A DNA stretch of 64,000 nucleotides from Trueperaceae bacterium (lineage in GTDB: Bacteria > Deinococcota > Deinococci > Deinococcales > Trueperaceae): contig OZ243956.1 of NCBI GenBank assembly GCA_965214405.1, positions 416,001 to 480,000 of the forward strand, given 5' to 3'. Position numbers and translations under genes: made by a program. The notes under the pieces were generated by a model that saw nothing but the letters and a program-made list of their open reading frames with translations, ran no database searches and was not told the origin of the DNA. Positions 60,285 through 64,000 of the stretch are shown one piece after another. Position 1 is the first letter of the stretch, and each line of letters opens with the position of its first letter.

Positions 60285-60929
60285 GTGAAGACGCTCGAGC
60301 AGCCCAATATCCGCCGCCTAACGATGAGCTACGAAGACTACCTTCACTATGGGGATGAGGGCACCCGTAGCGAGTGGGTGGGTGGGGAGGTTATCGTCTA
60401 CATGCCACCAAGAACGGAACATCAGCTCGTCCTCGCTTTTCTCGAGCGCCTACTCGCACTTTTTACCGACCTAAAAAGCTTAGGGAGTATCTACATTGCC
60501 CCTTTTGAGGTGAAACTTTGGGAAGGTGGTCCCTCGAGGGAGCCCGATATCTTTTTCGTTAGGAAAGATAAACGTGAGCAGCTCAGCTCCAAGCGTTTCA
60601 GCGGCGCGCCCGACTTAGCCGTCGAAATTATCTCGCCCGGCAGCCTCTATATTGACCGCAACGACAAGTTTAGGGAGTACGAGCGCGCAGGTGTGAGAGA
60701 GTATTGGATAGTCGACTCGAGGCCTGAACAAAAACGTGCCGACTTCTACCGACTTGATGATCAAGGACGTTACGCGCTGTTTGCGACTGAAGGGGATGAA
60801 AAAATCTCTTCAGAAGCGCTTGAAGCGTTCTGGCTACGCCCGAGTTGGTTATGGCAGGAGCCGCTGCCGAACCCTCTTGCTGCGTTAGCTGAGATCGTGG
60901 GTAAAGACGCGCTTATGGAGAGTTTATAG
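60285..60929 (+). CDS. Uma2-family (DUF820) endonuclease, copy 1
   Basis: EPDIFF, APDLAVEIISP, YERAGVREYWIVD. Confidence 0.9.
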   Translation: MKTLEQPNIRRLTMSYEDYLHYGDEGTRSEWVGGEVIVYMPPRTEHQLVLAFLERLLALFTDLKSLGSIYIAPFEVKLWEGGPSREPDIFFVRKDKREQLSSKRFSGAPDLAVEIISPGSLYIDRNDKFREYERAGVREYWIVDSRPEQKRADFYRLDDQGRYALFATEGDEKISSEALEAFWLRPSWLWQEPLPNPLAALAEIVGKDALMESL

Positions 60930-61008
60930 CTTCACTCATACGCAAGCAGATTAGAAGGATGGCGAAGCGTTTAGGCGTGCGTGCTAAAATCTCTTCACGG
61001 AGGTGCTT

Positions 61009-61653
61009 GTGAAAACGCTCGAGCAGCCCCATATTCACCGCCTGACGATGAGCTATGAGGCGTATCTAGCTTATGGAGACGACACCACCCGCACGGAGTG
61101 GGTTGACGGAGAGGTGATTGTCTACATGCCGCCACGCGACGAACACCAGCGAATTCTTGGGTTTCTACACATCTTGCTCAGTCTCTTTGTCGATTTGAAA
61201 GAACTTGGACGCACGCAGCTTGCCCCTTTCGAGGTGAAACTTTGGGAAGGCGGCCCTTCCAGGGAACCCGACCTCCTCTTTGCAAGCGAAGCGAAACGCG
61301 CAAACTTTAGCTCAAAGCGTTTTAGCGGCGCGCCCGACTTAGCCGTCGAAATTATCTCGCCCGGCAGCCTCTATATTGACCGCAACGACAAGTTTAGGGA
61401 GTACGAGCGTGCGGGCGTGCAGGAGTATTGGCTGGTGGACTCGAGGCCCGAACAAAAACGCGCCGACTTCTACCGGCTGGATGATGAAGGGCGCTACGCG
61501 CTCTTTGCGACTGAGGCTGACGACAAAGTCGCTTCAGAGGTCTTAGAGGCTTTTTGGTTGCGCCCGAGTTGGTTGTGGCAGGAGCCGCTGCCGAACCCTC
61601 TCGCTGCATTAGCTGAGATAGTGGGTAGAGATGCGCTGATAGAGAGCCTATAA
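61009..61653 (+). CDS. Uma2-family (DUF820) endonuclease, copy 2
   Basis: Paralog of copy 1 with the same motifs and a duplicated promoter/RBS. Confidence 0.9.
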   Translation: MKTLEQPHIHRLTMSYEAYLAYGDDTTRTEWVDGEVIVYMPPRDEHQRILGFLHILLSLFVDLKELGRTQLAPFEVKLWEGGPSREPDLLFASEAKRANFSSKRFSGAPDLAVEIISPGSLYIDRNDKFREYERAGVQEYWLVDSRPEQKRADFYRLDDEGRYALFATEADDKVASEVLEAFWLRPSWLWQEPLPNPLAALAEIVGRDALIESL

Positions 61654-61678
61654 CGGTTTTCATAGCTACTGGGCGAAG

Positions 61679-61768
61679 TTTGGCAACTGGTCGGCTGAGG
61701 AGACGATTCACGGCGGTGAGGGCTTGAACACGACGCGGCGGCTCCTGCCGAAGGTGCTGAAGCTTATC
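61679..61768 (+). pseudogene. Degenerate duplicate of the hisN 3' end
   Basis: Aligns without gaps to 60095-60184 (FGNWSAEETIHGGEGLNTTRRLLPKVLKLI vs FGDWSGSETIYGGEALSTTKTLLPEVLKLI). Confidence 0.8.
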
Positions 61769-61845
61769 TGAGTGGCGTCAGCACCTTGATTGAGTATTTG
61801 CTAGTCACTGCTCACGCCTGTAAGCAGCTCACTGTACAATGAGAC

Positions 61846-64000
61846 ATGCCTGTATCGCCGGAACTTGCTGTTTATGCGCAGCCCGCTTTGGATTTTTTAC
61901 GGGAAACCTTTACAGCAGAAGCCATCTCTCAAGAAATTTCAATGGGTGCCACTATTGACGGCGGGAAAAAAGCAATTATGGCAGTCAGTGGAGCGATACG
62001 TCGCCGGATAAGGGAAGAACTGCCTGACGGCAAACTTCCCCTAAACGATGATTTGCGGGTGGGCATTCGCCAAGCGTATTTGAGCACCGCGAAAAAAATT
62101 ATTAAGGACTTCGAGAACCGGCATGGTGATCACACCGAAGCGCTAAGAATTATGCTCGAGCGTTTTGAAGAAGAGCTAAGTGAGGTTGACGAAGAGCATT
62201 ATGCCGAGCGTTACGAAGACCCGCTAAACACACCACTTATAAGGTATGAAGACGTTTATCAGCTCTTTCCTTCTTATCAAGGTGACTCGAGCCAGTTAAA
62301 AGATACAGTTGAAATTAGCCTAAGAAGTGAATTAAAAAACCGCTTCTCGGACGAGGAGTTACGTCCTGCGCTCGATGAACTTCTCATTTACATCCACCGC
62401 ACAGACGCTTTCACTGTCCTTCAGAGCTACTTTTTTGAGGATTATAAGACTAACGGTCGCTTAAAGGCCGCCTTCGACGGGATAATGCTGGTGCAGATCG
62501 TCAGCCGCCCGGAAAGTGATCTTACCGCACTTAGCACGCTACCCGAAGAAACACAAGCGCGAATTAAAGGATTTTTTGAAGTCCTGCGACTACAAGTTGC
62601 TGAACAAAACCAAGAGCTTGCTGGGGGGTTAGAAGCTTGCTTTGATGAGCATATAAGTTTGGTGCTTGCCGGGATACGTCAAGTAGAGGCAAAGGTTGAA
62701 GCTACTCAAGAAGTAGCCAGAGCCACTCTTGAACACGTCGTAGGTTTGAAGCAAGAAGTCAGAGAGTTACGCGAAGCCCGGAGCGAACAGGAAACGCAAC
62801 GCCACCAAACCCGCCAACGCGTCGCCGGAGCCCTGCTCGACCTCAAGGTTTTTGAAGGGCGGAGCGATGAACTTGCTGAACTTCAGCAGAGCATCGTTCA
62901 GGACAGCACGCGCCTCACACAAATCTGTGGCCCTGTTGGTAGAGGCAAAACAGCCTTGGCTACGCGCTTTATCAACGAGGACGGACACTTCGATTCTATC
63001 GTTTTTGTCTCCATCCGCTTTCAAGATCTACGTACCCTCGAGCCTGTTCTCACCTTGTTGCAAGAGACCCTGCCGCATGACCGGGCAGAACATCTAAAGA
63101 GTGTTTGGCAAAATCAAAAAGACTTCTCCGGCAACCTGACCGCCACCTTGCGAACCTGCATCGGAGACCGCAAAACGCTCATTGTAATTGATAACTTAGA
63201 GGACGCGCTGGAAGACGGGCACTTCAAACCCGCTTACGAATTGCTTAGAGTTTTCGTCTTCGCGACGGTGGCGTTTGCGAGCCACGCCTGCCAACTCCTT
63301 ACCACAGGCCGCAAACCGCTTGACATCACCAGCTTGGACCGAGATTTAGGCGGCGCGCTCAGCAGCCGAGAAATTTCTCTTGAAGAAGGTTTGGACCTTC
63401 AGCAAGGTAGTCAGCTTCTAAGGAATCTGGGCGATGGCAAAAGCGGTTTGAAAGATGCCAGCGACGAAGTCCTAAAACATATTGTGAGCGAGTGCGAAGG
63501 CATCCCGCTGGTGCTTACGAACTTGGTAGGTTTGCTCAAGCGAGGGCGTAATATGACGCTGACGCGCTTGCTCAGCACACCGGGTGAATTTAAGGCCCTG
63601 CGAGATGAACCCGCGAGAGTTCTTTATGAGAGCTTGAGTTGGAATGAGCAGAATGTCACGCAAGCTTTGGCAATTTATGGCACCAACGCGCCGGAGCTGG
63701 CGGTGCGCTACATACATCCCGAGTTGGATACCAGAAAATTGCTGCGGGTACTCGAGACCAGTTACGCCGTGCAGTTTAACAACACTGATCCCGTTACCTA
63801 TTCCCTGCGTCCCCTCGACCAAGACTATGCCTACGCCCAGATAGTCAAAGACGAGCGCAAGGCGCTCCACCTGCAAGCCGCTTCCTTCTATCGTGAGTTA
63901 CGTAAACCCGAAGAGGAATGGAAAACGCTCGAGGACCTGCAACCGCAATTAAATGAGTTCGAGCAACTAGTCAAGGCTGAAGAATTTGATAAAGCCTGCG
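61846..64000 (+). CDS. STAND NTPase (NB-ARC-like, NLR-like) protein, truncated by the window end and absent from the ORF track
   Basis: Open frame from ATG 61846 (5 nt after TACAAT); FEGRSDEL, Walker A GPVGRGKT (62929-62952), Walker B LIVIDNLE, LLTTGR, GIPL; about 330-aa helical N-terminal region. Confidence 0.85.
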   Translation, partial: MPVSPELAVYAQPALDFLRETFTAEAISQEISMGATIDGGKKAIMAVSGAIRRRIREELPDGKLPLNDDLRVGIRQAYLSTAKKIIKDFENRHGDHTEALRIMLERFEEELSEVDEEHYAERYEDPLNTPLIRYEDVYQLFPSYQGDSSQLKDTVEISLRSELKNRFSDEELRPALDELLIYIHRTDAFTVLQSYFFEDYKTNGRLKAAFDGIMLVQIVSRPESDLTALSTLPEETQARIKGFFEVLRLQVAEQNQELAGGLEACFDEHISLVLAGIRQVEAKVEATQEVARATLEHVVGLKQEVRELREARSEQETQRHQTRQRVAGALLDLKVFEGRSDELAELQQSIVQDSTRLTQICGPVGRGKTALATRFINEDGHFDSIVFVSIRFQDLRTLEPVLTLLQETLPHDRAEHLKSVWQNQKDFSGNLTATLRTCIGDRKTLIVIDNLEDALEDGHFKPAYELLRVFVFATVAFASHACQLLTTGRKPLDITSLDRDLGGALSSREISLEEGLDLQQGSQLLRNLGDGKSGLKDASDEVLKHIVSECEGIPLVLTNLVGLLKRGRNMTLTRLLSTPGEFKALRDEPARVLYESLSWNEQNVTQALAIYGTNAPELAVRYIHPELDTRKLLRVLETSYAVQFNNTDPVTYSLRPLDQDYAYAQIVKDERKALHLQAASFYRELRKPEEEWKTLEDLQPQLNEFEQLVKAEEFDKAC

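Noticed and set aside
60095..61768. Diversity-generating retroelement template/variable repeat pair
   Set aside because: Mismatches are not adenine-specific and no reverse transcriptase is present.
62767..63876. Short ORFs in the track at 62767, 62852, 63472 and 63644
   Set aside because: They are shadows of the long plus-strand STAND ORF starting at 61846.
1..64000. CRISPR array or cas genes
   Set aside because: No regularly spaced 23-47-bp repeats with unique spacers and no Cas motifs were seen.

Overview
A roughly 60-65% GC chromosomal segment that looks like Deinococcota, Truepera-like. The evidence is a DUF1999-like gene, a Deinococcus/Thermus-type intein-bearing class II ribonucleotide reductase, and many genes with a TANNNT -10 box 5-7 nt before the start codon (leaderless pattern). 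Most of it is housekeeping or metabolic: lipB/lipA, divergent soluble and membrane pyrophosphatases with crcB, pdxS/pdxT, PBP1A, a kynurenine operon, xdhC/mocA-like genes, a LacI-controlled polyol ABC cluster, tRNA-Arg(CCG), a SurA/PrsA-like foldase, purH, nrdJ with two inteins, four uncharacterised exported proteins, DAK2/Asp23, moaC, truA, hemL, hisZG, carbonic anhydrase, clpSA, argR and hisN. Accessory elements are an IS5-family element clipping a restriction-endonuclease-like gene, a candidate 174-bp MITE, a stand-alone caspase-like gene, tandem Uma2 nucleases, and a STAND/NB-ARC (NLR-like) ORF that the ORF track missed because it runs off the window end. Two observations stand out. First, a 46-aa secreted peptide gene with a duplicated GFTVST hexapeptide, whose two copies differ only at synonymous positions, lies near a divergent cupin-HD-GYP phosphodiesterase and is a candidate peptide-signalling module. 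Second, the palindrome CTCGAG is strongly over-represented across the window (about 165 copies by hand count), like a HIP1 or DNA-uptake sequence.
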